A stretch of DNA of 34,904 bases from the sequence record DRR723986_10619. One strand, 5' to 3'. Below the pieces are notes generated by a model that saw only the letters and a list, made by a program, of their open reading frames with translations, made no database searches and was not told the origin of the DNA. Positions 17,869 through 26,666 of the stretch are shown piece by piece (positions within the stretch are counted from its first letter, which is position 1; each line of letters opens with the position of its first letter). Both the position numbers and the translations under genes were made by a program.

Positions 17869-18990
17869 TCAGCCGTCTTCCCGGTAGGCGATGTAAGACA
17901 ATGTGCAGAACAGCACAAAAAGCGGTGGACTCCAGGCTGCAACAATAGGCGGCGCTGCACCTGTGGCCCCAAGACTGGTCGAAAACTGGGTGAAGAAATA
18001 GAGGCCGATGGCCGCCAGGGCGCCGATCGCCAGCAGCTGCGATGTGCCGCCCATTCGCTGAAGCCGCAGGCAGACCACGGCGCCAATGAGACCCATGGCA
18101 ACGAACAGGGCGGGCATGGCCATCAGCGCATGCCAGCGCATCCGGTAGCGCGACGCATCAAGGCCGGCCGCCTGAGTCTGGCGGATGAAGCGGGGCAGGC
18201 GCCAAAAGCCAATTGTGTTGGGGGAGGCGAACTTGTCGAACAGTGAGACGGCGTCCAGCGGAGAAGGAATGGCGAGGTTTGGTTTCCGCTCCGGTGGCTG
18301 GTTGGGGATGTTTTCAATCACGTTTTCCAGCTGCCAGAACCCGTCGCGCAATGTGGCCCGCTCGGCATCGATACGCCGGGCGAAGGCGAAATCGCTGGTC
18401 GGCTGGCTGCCGGAATAGAGGCGCTCTTCCTCAATCATCTTCACGTTCCGCAGCACGACGCCGCCCTGGTCGACATGCTGCGCGTGGATCACGATCTGGC
18501 TGGTATCGTCACCCTGGCGCAACCAGACGCCCGTGTCCGAGACGGCCATCGCTGTCCGGCCTTTGTCCAGTATCTGGGCGCGGGTGACTTCGAAAGATTC
18601 GGTGAGCCTCGCGGAAATCGGATTGAGTAGGGTTGTCGTAGCGATCCCTACGACCAGGCCAAGGACGATGACCGGCGTCAGGAAACGCCAGGCCGAGATC
18701 CCGCTGGCGCGGATGATCGACAGTTCTGACCGGCGATTGAGCCGGGTGAAGGCCATCATCGATGCCACCAGCAGCGCAAATGGCAGCGTCTGTTCCATGA
18801 TCTGGGGCAGCTTCATCAGGGAGAGCTGCAGCGCGCCAAACAGGCTGAGGCTGACATCGCCGCCGACGGTGCGGAGCTGTTCCACCACGTCGATCATCAG
18901 GATCGCGATCAGCAGAATGCCCAATACCAGCGCCAGGCCAGACAGGCATTCGCGCAGGATATAGAACTGGATGCGGGATCCGAACGGCAT
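17869..18990 (-). CDS. lptG: LPS export ABC transporter permease LptG
   Basis: LptF/G family: LPFALLVASM..F.RLNRRSELSIIRASGISAWRF, periplasmic domain, AAWSP, EDG end. TGATG overlap with the lptF stop. Confidence 0.92.
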   Translation of the reverse strand: MPFGSRIQFYILRECLSGLALVLGILLIAILMIDVVEQLRTVGGDVSLSLFGALQLSLMKLPQIMEQTLPFALLVASMMAFTRLNRRSELSIIRASGISAWRFLTPVIVLGLVVGIATTTLLNPISARLTESFEVTRAQILDKGRTAMAVSDTGVWLRQGDDTSQIVIHAQHVDQGGVVLRNVKMIEEERLYSGSQPTSDFAFARRIDAERATLRDGFWQLENVIENIPNQPPERKPNLAIPSPLDAVSLFDKFASPNTIGFWRLPRFIRQTQAAGLDASRYRMRWHALMAMPALFVAMGLIGAVVCLRLQRMGGTSQLLAIGALAAIGLYFFTQFSTSLGATGAAPPIVAAWSPPLFVLFCTLSYIAYREDG

Positions 18991-20132
18991 CAGGCGCTCG
19001 CTCCCCCTGTACCGCGGAACAGGTCGATCTGGGGTCGCTCTATGGCGCCGAGATGCCGACCGCGGGAGAAGTAGACATAGCTGAGACCTGCCATGATGCT
19101 GATTGGAAGAACCCACTGGAGCATGTTCATGGCTGGATCGTCCGCTGCGGCCGACTGTGCAGTCAGCTGCACGATCAGGACGGTAATGGCTGCGCTGGAG
19201 GAGATGGCGATCCGCTTTGCATAGCCTTTCCGGCTGAAATCCCCGCCCAGCACCGCGACGATGGCAATCAGCGCCATCACGATATTCAGCAGCGGAGAGG
19301 TCAGGCGCGTGTTCGCTTCGGCCAGCAAGGTATCGGCATCCCTCAATTCGAAATAATTCGTCCTGTCAACGAAGAAGAGCTCATGCAGGAATTTGTCCGA
19401 CGCCTTCAAGGCAAGGTCGGAATCCTCCTTCATGTATTCACTCAGGTCGAACGGGTATTGCGCGAACTCAAGAACGGAGAGTTGCTGGTTTTCGTCCAGC
19501 TGCATGCTGATCGCGTCGCGCAGCAGCAAGGTCGGCTTGTCATCGATCTGCACAAGGGCGGCACTGCGGGCGAGGATGTCCGTCGGGTAGACCGGGTCAG
19601 TCATGTCCGAAATGAGGACCCCGCGTAGTTCGCCGGCAACCTGCTCGCGCGCGTAGAAGGTCAGCCGCTCGCCATTGGTAGTGAACTGGCCGGGGCGGAT
19701 CAGGGCGGCCGCGAGATCGGCCCGCGCCACGGCCACGGTTTCCCGCATCGCCCGCTGGGCCAGCGGCTGCACCCACAAATTCACACCGAGATGCGCAATC
19801 GCGCAGAGGACCGCCAGACGCATGACGGGCGAGGCGATCTGCCACCGCGTCATGCCGGCGGCCTGCGCCACGACAATCTCGCTGTCCTTGTGGATCCGGT
19901 TGAGCGACCAGACCCCGGCCACGAACAGGGCCAGTGGCATCAGAAGCGCGATGATCTGAGGAGACCCCAGCATGACGATGTAGAAATACGTCAGCGCAGA
20001 CTGCCGATTTTCGAGGATCAGGTCAGTACGAGAGAGCCCTTGTGCCAGAAGCGCAAGCAATGCGAGCCCGCCGACGATAATCAGAACCGCGCGCAAGACT
20101 TCATAAAACAGGTACGACTGGACTTTCGTCAT
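18990..20132 (-). CDS. lptF: LPS export ABC transporter permease LptF
   Basis: LNRIHKDSEIVVAQAAGMT, LWVQPLA, IRPGQF; divergent from pepA as is typical. Confidence 0.92.
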   Translation of the reverse strand: MTKVQSYLFYEVLRAVLIIVGGLALLALLAQGLSRTDLILENRQSALTYFYIVMLGSPQIIALLMPLALFVAGVWSLNRIHKDSEIVVAQAAGMTRWQIASPVMRLAVLCAIAHLGVNLWVQPLAQRAMRETVAVARADLAAALIRPGQFTTNGERLTFYAREQVAGELRGVLISDMTDPVYPTDILARSAALVQIDDKPTLLLRDAISMQLDENQQLSVLEFAQYPFDLSEYMKEDSDLALKASDKFLHELFFVDRTNYFELRDADTLLAEANTRLTSPLLNIVMALIAIVAVLGGDFSRKGYAKRIAISSSAAITVLIVQLTAQSAAADDPAMNMLQWVLPISIMAGLSYVYFSRGRHLGAIERPQIDLFRGTGGASA

Positions 20133-20253
20133 CGTGTGTCACGTGCCGGGAAATAAAGCAGAAACTGGCAGTTAACGGGCATATTTTCCCTGCCTAACGA
20201 GTTGCGCTGCGCGCGTCGATGCTTAGTTTCCGTCTCAAACGGAGATTCCTCAC

Positions 20254-21717
20254 ATGAAAATCACCTTCACTGATGCCGCCAAGGCTGACGTATTTGCATT
20301 CATCGTCGACGAAGACGGCGGCCTGCCCACCGCAGCAGCGTCTCTAGACGAATCGACTGGCGGGCTGCTTTCGTCTGCCATTGATGGCCGGTTCACCGGC
20401 AAGAAAGACCAGCAGGCCGTGATCGTGCTGCCGAAAGGCGCCGAAGCGCGCCGTGCCGTGCTGATCGGCGGCGGCAAGCCGAAGAAGAGGGATGCCCGTG
20501 TCCTGGAAGGCCTGGGTGCCAATCTGGTGAAGGCGTTCAACATGAGCGGCTTCAAATCCATGGCGATCCATGCTGGCTCTGCAGAGGATGCAGCGCGGAT
20601 GGGCCTCGGCGCGAAACTCGCTGCCTATCGGTTCGACACCTATTTCACCAAACTCAAGCCAGACCAGAAACCGAGCCTGACCGCGGTTTCCTTTGTTGTG
20701 GACGACACAAGAGCCGCCAAGGCCGCCTTCGCACCGCTGGGGGCCGCCGCTGAAGGCACGATGCTGGCGCGCGACCTGGTCAACATGCCGCCCAACGATC
20801 TTTATCCCGAAAGCTTTGCGGCAAAGATCAAGGAACTGGCCGAGATCGGCGTCGAGGTTGAAGTCCTCGGCGAGAAGCAACTGGCCAAGCTCGGCATGAA
20901 CTCCATGCTCGGCGTCGGGCAGGGCTCTGTCCGCGAAAGCCAGCTCGGTATCATGAAATGGAATGGCGGCAAGGAAGGCGAGGATCCGGTGATCCTGGTC
21001 GGCAAAGGTGTCTGCTTCGACACTGGCGGCATCTCGCTGAAGCCCGGCCCGGGCATGGAAGACATGCGCGGTGACATGGGTGGTGCAGCCGCTGTGACCG
21101 GCACGATCAAGGCGCTGGCTGAGCGCAAGGCCAAAGTGAATGTCGTTGGCCTTATCGGCCTCGTCGAAAACATGCCGGATGGCAACGCCATTCGCCCCGG
21201 CGATATCCTCAAGTCGGCCTCCGGCCAGACGATCGAAGTCCAGAACACCGATGCTGAAGGCCGCCTCGTCCTCTGTGACGTGCTCTGGTACGCACAGGAA
21301 CACTTCAAGCCGAAGGCCATCGTGGACCTCGCCACTCTGACCGGCGCCATCGTGATTTCGCTCGGCCACCATCATGCCGGCCTGTTCACCAACAGCGACG
21401 AGCTCTCCGAGGAGCTGACCAAGGCAGGCCTAACAGAAGGCGAGCGCGTCTGGCGCCTGCCGATGGGCCCGGAATACGACGCGCTGCTGAAGTCCAAATT
21501 CGCAGACATGCGCAATATCGGAGGCCGGGCAGCTGGCTCGATCACCGCCGCGCAGTTCCTGAAGCGCTTCGTGAAGGACGGCGTAAAATGGGCCCACCTG
21601 GACATTGCCGGGGCAGCGTGGCTTGAAAGCGAGAAGCCGGCTCTGGATGTCAGCTGGGCGTCCGGCTTCGGCCCGCGCCTGCTGGATCGCTGGATCGCCG
21701 ACAATTACGAGGGCTAG
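20254..21717 (+). CDS. pepA: Leucyl aminopeptidase (M17)
   Basis: VGKGVCFDTGGISLK, DMGGAA, NTDAEGRLVL, DLATLTGA, WAHLDIAG; SD GGAG. Confidence 0.96.
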   Translation: MKITFTDAAKADVFAFIVDEDGGLPTAAASLDESTGGLLSSAIDGRFTGKKDQQAVIVLPKGAEARRAVLIGGGKPKKRDARVLEGLGANLVKAFNMSGFKSMAIHAGSAEDAARMGLGAKLAAYRFDTYFTKLKPDQKPSLTAVSFVVDDTRAAKAAFAPLGAAAEGTMLARDLVNMPPNDLYPESFAAKIKELAEIGVEVEVLGEKQLAKLGMNSMLGVGQGSVRESQLGIMKWNGGKEGEDPVILVGKGVCFDTGGISLKPGPGMEDMRGDMGGAAAVTGTIKALAERKAKVNVVGLIGLVENMPDGNAIRPGDILKSASGQTIEVQNTDAEGRLVLCDVLWYAQEHFKPKAIVDLATLTGAIVISLGHHHAGLFTNSDELSEELTKAGLTEGERVWRLPMGPEYDALLKSKFADMRNIGGRAAGSITAAQFLKRFVKDGVKWAHLDIAGAAWLESEKPALDVSWASGFGPRLLDRWIADNYEG

Positions 21718-21720
21718 GAT

Positions 21721-22194
21721 TTGAGCGAGGCGCCGAAGCCTGAATGGTGGTTCTACCACCTCTCCCGCACCACGCTGGAGCAGGCGGCGGCGCCCCTCAT
21801 GTTCAAATGCCTTGAGGTTGGCTGGCGCGTGCTGGCCGTCAGCCCGAATGCAGACCGGCGGGCGGCGCTCGATGCCGCCCTCTGGACCTTCGATGACCAG
21901 TCATTCCTGCCGCATGGCCAGGCCGAAGCGCCTGGCCTTGAAGCTTCACGGCAGCCGGTGCTCATTTCCGGCAAGGCGGACAATGTGAACGGCGCGGCGG
22001 CCTTGTTCCTGATGGATGGCGTGAAGGCGCCGGTCGATGCGCCTTATACGCGCTGCATGATGATGTTCGACGATGGTGACATGGATGCCCGCAGCGCCGC
22101 CCGCGAAGCCTTCAAGGCGGCCAAGGACGCGGGTCTAGTCACTCGCTATTTCCAGCAGACCGGCAGTGGCGGCTGGAAAGAAGCGGGCGCTTAG
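21721..22194 (+). CDS. holC: DNA polymerase III chi subunit
   Basis: [12 protein letters not shown]...SFLPHG, QPVLI, W near the C-terminus; follows pepA; TTG start. Confidence 0.9.
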   Translation: MSEAPKPEWWFYHLSRTTLEQAAAPLMFKCLEVGWRVLAVSPNADRRAALDAALWTFDDQSFLPHGQAEAPGLEASRQPVLISGKADNVNGAAALFLMDGVKAPVDAPYTRCMMMFDDGDMDARSAAREAFKAAKDAGLVTRYFQQTGSGGWKEAGA

Positions 22195-22526
22195 GCCTTC
22201 TTCACGAATTCCGACTTCAGGCCCATCTGGCCGATGCCGTCGATCTTGCAGTCGATGTCATGATCGCCGTCAACGAGCCGGATGTTCTTCACCTTGGTGC
22301 CGCGTTTCACGACCTGCGAACTGCCTTTGATCTTCAGGTCCTTGATCACGGTGACCGTGTCACCATCCGCTAACGGATTGCCATTGGAATCCTTCACCAC
22401 TTTTTCGTCCGAACTGGCCTCCGCATCCGCTGACCATTCATGTCCGCATTCCGGGCAGATCAGCAGGGCGCCGTCCTCATAGGTGAATTCGGACTGGCAT
22501 TTCGGACAGGGTGGCAGGGTGCTCAT
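22191..22526 (-). CDS. yjdM: PhnA/YjdM Zn-ribbon protein
   Basis: [15 protein letters not shown]...[38 protein letters not shown]. Confidence 0.93.
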   Translation of the reverse strand: MSTLPPCPKCQSEFTYEDGALLICPECGHEWSADAEASSDEKVVKDSNGNPLADGDTVTVIKDLKIKGSSQVVKRGTKVKNIRLVDGDHDIDCKIDGIGQMGLKSEFVKKA

Positions 22527-22603
22527 AGCGGTTACTTTCCGGTTGAAGGACCAGGTCGGCCCTACGCCCTGATGAAAGTGTGTGCAAGCGCGGCGCTCTG
22601 TCC

Positions 22604-22632
22604 TTGCCCCTGCGGGCGGGCGCCGCTATAGG
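22604..22632 (+). promoter_or_regulatory. Putative sigma70 promoter of ndk (TTGCCC-N17-TATAGG)
   Basis: GC-preceded -10 (GCTATAGG) typical of Caulobacter-type housekeeping promoters, 40 nt upstream of the ATG. Confidence 0.55.
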
Positions 22633-22672
22633 CCCGCCAACACTCCAATTTCCGCACAACAGGAACCCTCCC

Positions 22673-23095
22673 ATGGCTGTCCAGCGCACTTTTTCCATCA
22701 TCAAGCCCGACGCGACCGAGCGTAACCTGACCGGCGCCGTCAACGCCGTCATCGAGAAGGCCGGCCTGCGCATCATCGGCCAGCGCCGCATCAAGATGAC
22801 CCAGGAACAGGCTGAGCGTTTCTACGCCGTCCACTCCGAGCGTCCGTTCTTTGGTGAGCTGGTCGAGTTCATGACTTCTGGCCCGGTGGTCGTCCAGGTT
22901 CTGGAAGGCGAAAACGCCGTCGCGAAATACCGCGAAGTCATGGGCGCCACGAATCCGGCAGACGCCGCTGAAGGCACCATCCGGAAGCTCTACGCAAAAT
23001 CGATCGGTGAGAACTCGGTTCACGGCTCCGACTCCGAAGAGAACGCCGCGATCGAAATCGCGCAATTCTTCTCCGAAGCCGACATCGCCGGCTGA
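22673..23095 (+). CDS. ndk: Nucleoside diphosphate kinase
   Basis: [40 protein letters not shown]. Confidence 0.98.
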   Translation: MAVQRTFSIIKPDATERNLTGAVNAVIEKAGLRIIGQRRIKMTQEQAERFYAVHSERPFFGELVEFMTSGPVVVQVLEGENAVAKYREVMGATNPADAAEGTIRKLYAKSIGENSVHGSDSEENAAIEIAQFFSEADIAG

Positions 23096-23136
23096 GGCAC
23101 GGTTTAGTCCGTTATAATCCGATGAAGTCCGAATTG

Positions 23137-23167
23137 GCCCGCCGGTGATCCGGCGGGCTCTTTCTTT
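23137..23167 (+). terminator. Intrinsic terminator after ndk
   Basis: GCCCGCCGG-TGAT-CCGGCGGGC followed by TCTTTCTTT. Confidence 0.88.
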
Positions 23168-23175
23168 GGTCCGGC

Positions 23176-23763
23176 TTAATCGGCCAGAATCTGCTCGCAA
23201 GCCATGGCCAGTGCGCGCGGATAGAGCTTGTGCTCCTCGACCAGCACGCGGGCGGAAAGCGTGTCTTCGGTATCGCCCGCTAGGATCGGCACCGCTGCTT
23301 GCGCGATCACCTTGCCCTCGTCCACGCCGGCAGACACCCAGTGAACCGAACAGCCGCCTTCGGCGTCGCCTGCCTCTATCGCCCGCTGATGCGTATGTAA
23401 CCCCTTGTATTTAGGGAGAAGTGAGGGGTGGATGTTGATCATCCGGCCTTCCCATTTCGTCACGAACCAGGGCGTCAGAACGCGCATAAAGCCGGCAAGG
23501 GCAATGATCTCGGTCCCTGCCTTTTCCAGCTCCGCATTTAGGGCCCGTTCAAAGGATTCCCGGTCCTTGCCGTAGAGTTTGTGATCGACGGATGCTGTAG
23601 CAATGCCTGCAGAAGCCGCCGTTTCGAGCCCTTTGGCATCCGGCCGGTTGGAAGCCACCAGAACGGGCTCAGCAGGGTAGGAGGGGGCAGCCGCCGCCTC
23701 CAGCAGTGCCTCCATGTTCGAGCCGCGTCCAGAGATCAGGATGGCAAGTTTCAGGCGTCTCAT
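23176..23763 (-). CDS. purN: Phosphoribosylglycinamide formyltransferase
   Basis: ISGRGSNM, LAGFMRVL, NIHPSLLP, GCSVHWV..GVDEG; ATGA overlap with purM. Confidence 0.97.
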   Translation of the reverse strand: MRRLKLAILISGRGSNMEALLEAAAAPSYPAEPVLVASNRPDAKGLETAASAGIATASVDHKLYGKDRESFERALNAELEKAGTEIIALAGFMRVLTPWFVTKWEGRMINIHPSLLPKYKGLHTHQRAIEAGDAEGGCSVHWVSAGVDEGKVIAQAAVPILAGDTEDTLSARVLVEEHKLYPRALAMACEQILAD

Positions 23764-24785
23764 GCGTCGGCGAGGCGCCCAAGAATGACTGGCGCTTCAC
23801 CTGCTGTCTGTAGTGCGGCGCAGACCGTGTCTGCATCCTCAGGCGCTACGGCAAATACCACTCCGATGCCCATATTGAACGTCCGGTGCATCTCATCTTC
23901 CGTAACATTACCTGCAGATTGAAGCCATTCGAACACCGGTGGCGGCGTCCAGGCTTTCCGCTCGATGACAGGGACCAGATGGTCCGGGCACATGCGCGGC
24001 GTGTTCTCGGTCAGGCCGCCGCCAGTAATGTGAGCGAGGCCTTTGACGAGCCCTTTGCGGATCAGCGGCAAGGCAACGCCCGCATATAGCCGCGTCGGAG
24101 TCAGCAGGGCTTCGCCGAGGGTAACGTTCGAAAACGGCGAAGCACTGTCATAGGACAAGCCTTCTCGTTCCACGATCCGGCGGATCAACGAATACCCATT
24201 CGAGTGCGGACCGGACGATCCAATGCCAATAAGCAGGTCGCCTGACGCCATCGTGTCCATGCGAGGCAGCACTTTGTCCCGATCAACTGCGCCAACGACA
24301 AAACCCGCGAGGTCGTAATGTCCCGGCGGGTACATGCCGGGCATTTCAGCCGTCTCACCGCCTACAAGTGCGCAGCCGGACTGACGGCAGCCTTCTGCAA
24401 TTCCGGAGACAACCGCTTCAGCAATGCCTTCTTCAAGCTTGCCTGTTGCGAAATAGTCCAGGAAAAACAGGGGCTCAGCGCCTTGTGCCAGAACATCATT
24501 GGCACACATGGCCACCAGGTCGACGCCGACGGTGTTGTGGATGCCGGTTTCAAAAGCCAGCATAAGCTTGGTGCCAACACCGTCTGTGCCGGAGACCAGG
24601 ATCGGGTCTGAATAGCCGGCGGCCTTGAGGTCAAACAGGGCGCCGAAGCCGCCCAGGCCTCCCAAGACGCCAGCGCGACGGGTCGCCTTGGCGAGGGGGC
24701 CAATCGCGTCAACGAGACGCTCGCCTGCCTCAATATCGACACCAGCGTCGCGGTAAGAAAGGGAAGTCTTGGAAGGGTCGCTCAT
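23760..24785 (-). CDS. purM: Phosphoribosylformylglycinamidine cyclo-ligase (AIR synthase)
   Basis: YRDAGVDI, GTDGVGTK, DLVAMCAND, GGETAEMPG, HSNGYSL, HITGGG, TFNMGIG; start at ATG 24785. Confidence 0.97.
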   Translation of the reverse strand: MSDPSKTSLSYRDAGVDIEAGERLVDAIGPLAKATRRAGVLGGLGGFGALFDLKAAGYSDPILVSGTDGVGTKLMLAFETGIHNTVGVDLVAMCANDVLAQGAEPLFFLDYFATGKLEEGIAEAVVSGIAEGCRQSGCALVGGETAEMPGMYPPGHYDLAGFVVGAVDRDKVLPRMDTMASGDLLIGIGSSGPHSNGYSLIRRIVEREGLSYDSASPFSNVTLGEALLTPTRLYAGVALPLIRKGLVKGLAHITGGGLTENTPRMCPDHLVPVIERKAWTPPPVFEWLQSAGNVTEDEMHRTFNMGIGVVFAVAPEDADTVCAALQTAGEAPVILGRLADA

Positions 24786-24892
24786 GATGACTCGCGCGTT
24801 AGCATGGGGAATTCGACTCTGCCAGTGCCGAGCGCGGTTCCAGCCCCGCACCGGACTTGCTACAAGGTCGCCAACCGAGGAGGTCTCTGACC

Positions 24893-25915
24893 ATGATTCG
24901 TATGCTTCTTGCTTCCACGCTCGCAGCCATGTTTGCGGTTTTCAGTGCTGCCGCGGATACGCAGGATGTCTACACGATCCCGAACCTTGAAGTAGATGAA
25001 GTTGCGCCAACCCTGATCCAGGCGCGTGAGCAGGCCATGGCTGCCGCCCGGCTTGATGGTGCCCGGCAACTGATCGACAAGATTACGCTGGCAGAGGACC
25101 GCATTGCTGCGGGCGGCGTTCCGATAGATGGTGAATTGGCAAACAGGCTGTCTGCCGCAGTCGATGTGCAGGAAGAAACGGCCGGTGCGGGCCGCTACAA
25201 GGGAATCCTGCGGGTGGTCTACAATCCCCTCATGGTGCGGGCGCATCTGGATGCGCTGAAAGTGCCGTATGTTGATACGCAAGCCCCTCTGAGCCTGATG
25301 GTCCCATTGGCGTCTTCCGCGCAATTGGAGGAAGACTGGCATGAAGCCTTGGGAGCCGAAAACCCAGGCGCCCTTGCGCCTTATGTGACATCAAACCTGA
25401 CGGGATATACCAGCGATAGCGACTGGTATGCGCTTTCGCCGGAAGCTGGCAGCCTGCGCGCACGCCGTGCAATTCTGGCAGAACTGATCGGCCGGGAAGG
25501 TGCATGGCGCGTCAGCGTTTCCATCGTCACAACGGCCGGAACTGAAGTGGTTGGGATAACGCTCCCGGCCCCCACACTTGAGGGTGCTGTGAATGCGACC
25601 GTCAAACTGCTTGAGGAAAACTGGAAGCGCGCGTCCATCATCCGTGGCGGGGACCGGACACAAGCGAAGGCAACCGTTCGCTACACATCGCTGGCGGAGT
25701 GGAACACGTTGCGTGGCGCGCTTGCCAGGTCACCACTCGTTTCCGACTTCCGGACGACGGCAGTGGCTCGCGATGGTGCCGTCGTGACATTTGCATACCT
25801 GGGCGATCCTCAGCGCTTGCAGAACGACCTGTTGCAGCGGGGTGTGGCACTTGGAGATGAGCCGCGCGCGGGCTGGGTGCTCCGTTCGGCCGTTTCTGCT
25901 GCAGGAGTTCCGTGA
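24893..25915 (+). CDS. DUF2066-like exported protein (signal peptide)
   Basis: SD GAGGAGG; signal peptide MIRMLLASTLAAMFAVFSAAA; N-terminal 'V.VD..A....AREQA' pattern; conserved position between purM and hda. Confidence 0.75.
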   Translation: MIRMLLASTLAAMFAVFSAAADTQDVYTIPNLEVDEVAPTLIQAREQAMAAARLDGARQLIDKITLAEDRIAAGGVPIDGELANRLSAAVDVQEETAGAGRYKGILRVVYNPLMVRAHLDALKVPYVDTQAPLSLMVPLASSAQLEEDWHEALGAENPGALAPYVTSNLTGYTSDSDWYALSPEAGSLRARRAILAELIGREGAWRVSVSIVTTAGTEVVGITLPAPTLEGAVNATVKLLEENWKRASIIRGGDRTQAKATVRYTSLAEWNTLRGALARSPLVSDFRTTAVARDGAVVTFAYLGDPQRLQNDLLQRGVALGDEPRAGWVLRSAVSAAGVP

Positions 25916-26637
25916 GCAAGCGGCCAACCCTATCGACCGGACAACCAGACCAGATGAGCTTCGCCTTTCCGGCGGGGCCATTGCGGTTTGGTCAACTGGT
26001 TGTCACCCCAGCCAATCAGGCCACCGTCAGCATTGTTCGCCAGCCGTTCAAGTGGCCCACGCCTGTGTTCTGCGTGACCGGGCCACAACGTTGCGGTTTG
26101 ACTACGTTGTTGCAGGCATGGTGCGAGGAAACCGGTGGCGTTTATTTCGACGCGAACCGGTTTACGAAACTGAAATCCGCTCAGCTGGACGAACTCGCCG
26201 GGAAATTCGTTGCGGTCGACAACGCAGACAAAGTTGTAGCGAACGAAAAGTTGCTCATCCTCATCAATCAGATTTCTAAGGAAGATGGCAGGCTGCTTCT
26301 GTCGTCGTCGAGCAGTCCGTCTCAGTGGCCCGTGAAATCGGCGGACCTGAAATCGCGCCTCAACTCTATGTCTGTCGTGGAAATCCTGCCGCCAGATGAG
26401 GCGATGCTGACCGGGCGGCTGAGGGCTGCTGCTGCGCGGCATTATCTCAAGCTTGAGCCTGAAGTGATCTCTTATCTCGCACCGCGCCTTGACCTCACCT
26501 ACGAAGCCATCGAGGCGTTCGCGGAGAAGCTAAGTCACGGTGTCACAACGACAGGACGCGCACCTTCTGTTCCTCTGGCAAAAGAGGTATTGGAGGCGAT
26601 GGGGCTGGCGGCCCCTGATGAGCCGTCATCGAGTTGA
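25912..26637 (+). CDS. hdaA: DnaA regulatory inactivator HdaA (Hda)
   Basis: N-terminal clamp-binding motif QMSFAF, AAA+ core, Arg-finger DLKSRL, PPDEAML; GTGA overlap with the upstream gene; hda-ppk-ppx synteny. Walker A is degenerate. Confidence 0.85.
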   Translation: MSKRPTLSTGQPDQMSFAFPAGPLRFGQLVVTPANQATVSIVRQPFKWPTPVFCVTGPQRCGLTTLLQAWCEETGGVYFDANRFTKLKSAQLDELAGKFVAVDNADKVVANEKLLILINQISKEDGRLLLSSSSSPSQWPVKSADLKSRLNSMSVVEILPPDEAMLTGRLRAAAARHYLKLEPEVISYLAPRLDLTYEAIEAFAEKLSHGVTTTGRAPSVPLAKEVLEAMGLAAPDEPSSS

Positions 26638-26666
26638 CATGACCGGGGCCAACACAGGGGATTTCC

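Noticed and set aside
14435..20924. Three plus-strand KOPS-like GGGCAGGG octamers (14435, 15689, 20917)
   Set aside because: Too few and not counted exhaustively. At most they hint that the plus strand is leading; not a feature.
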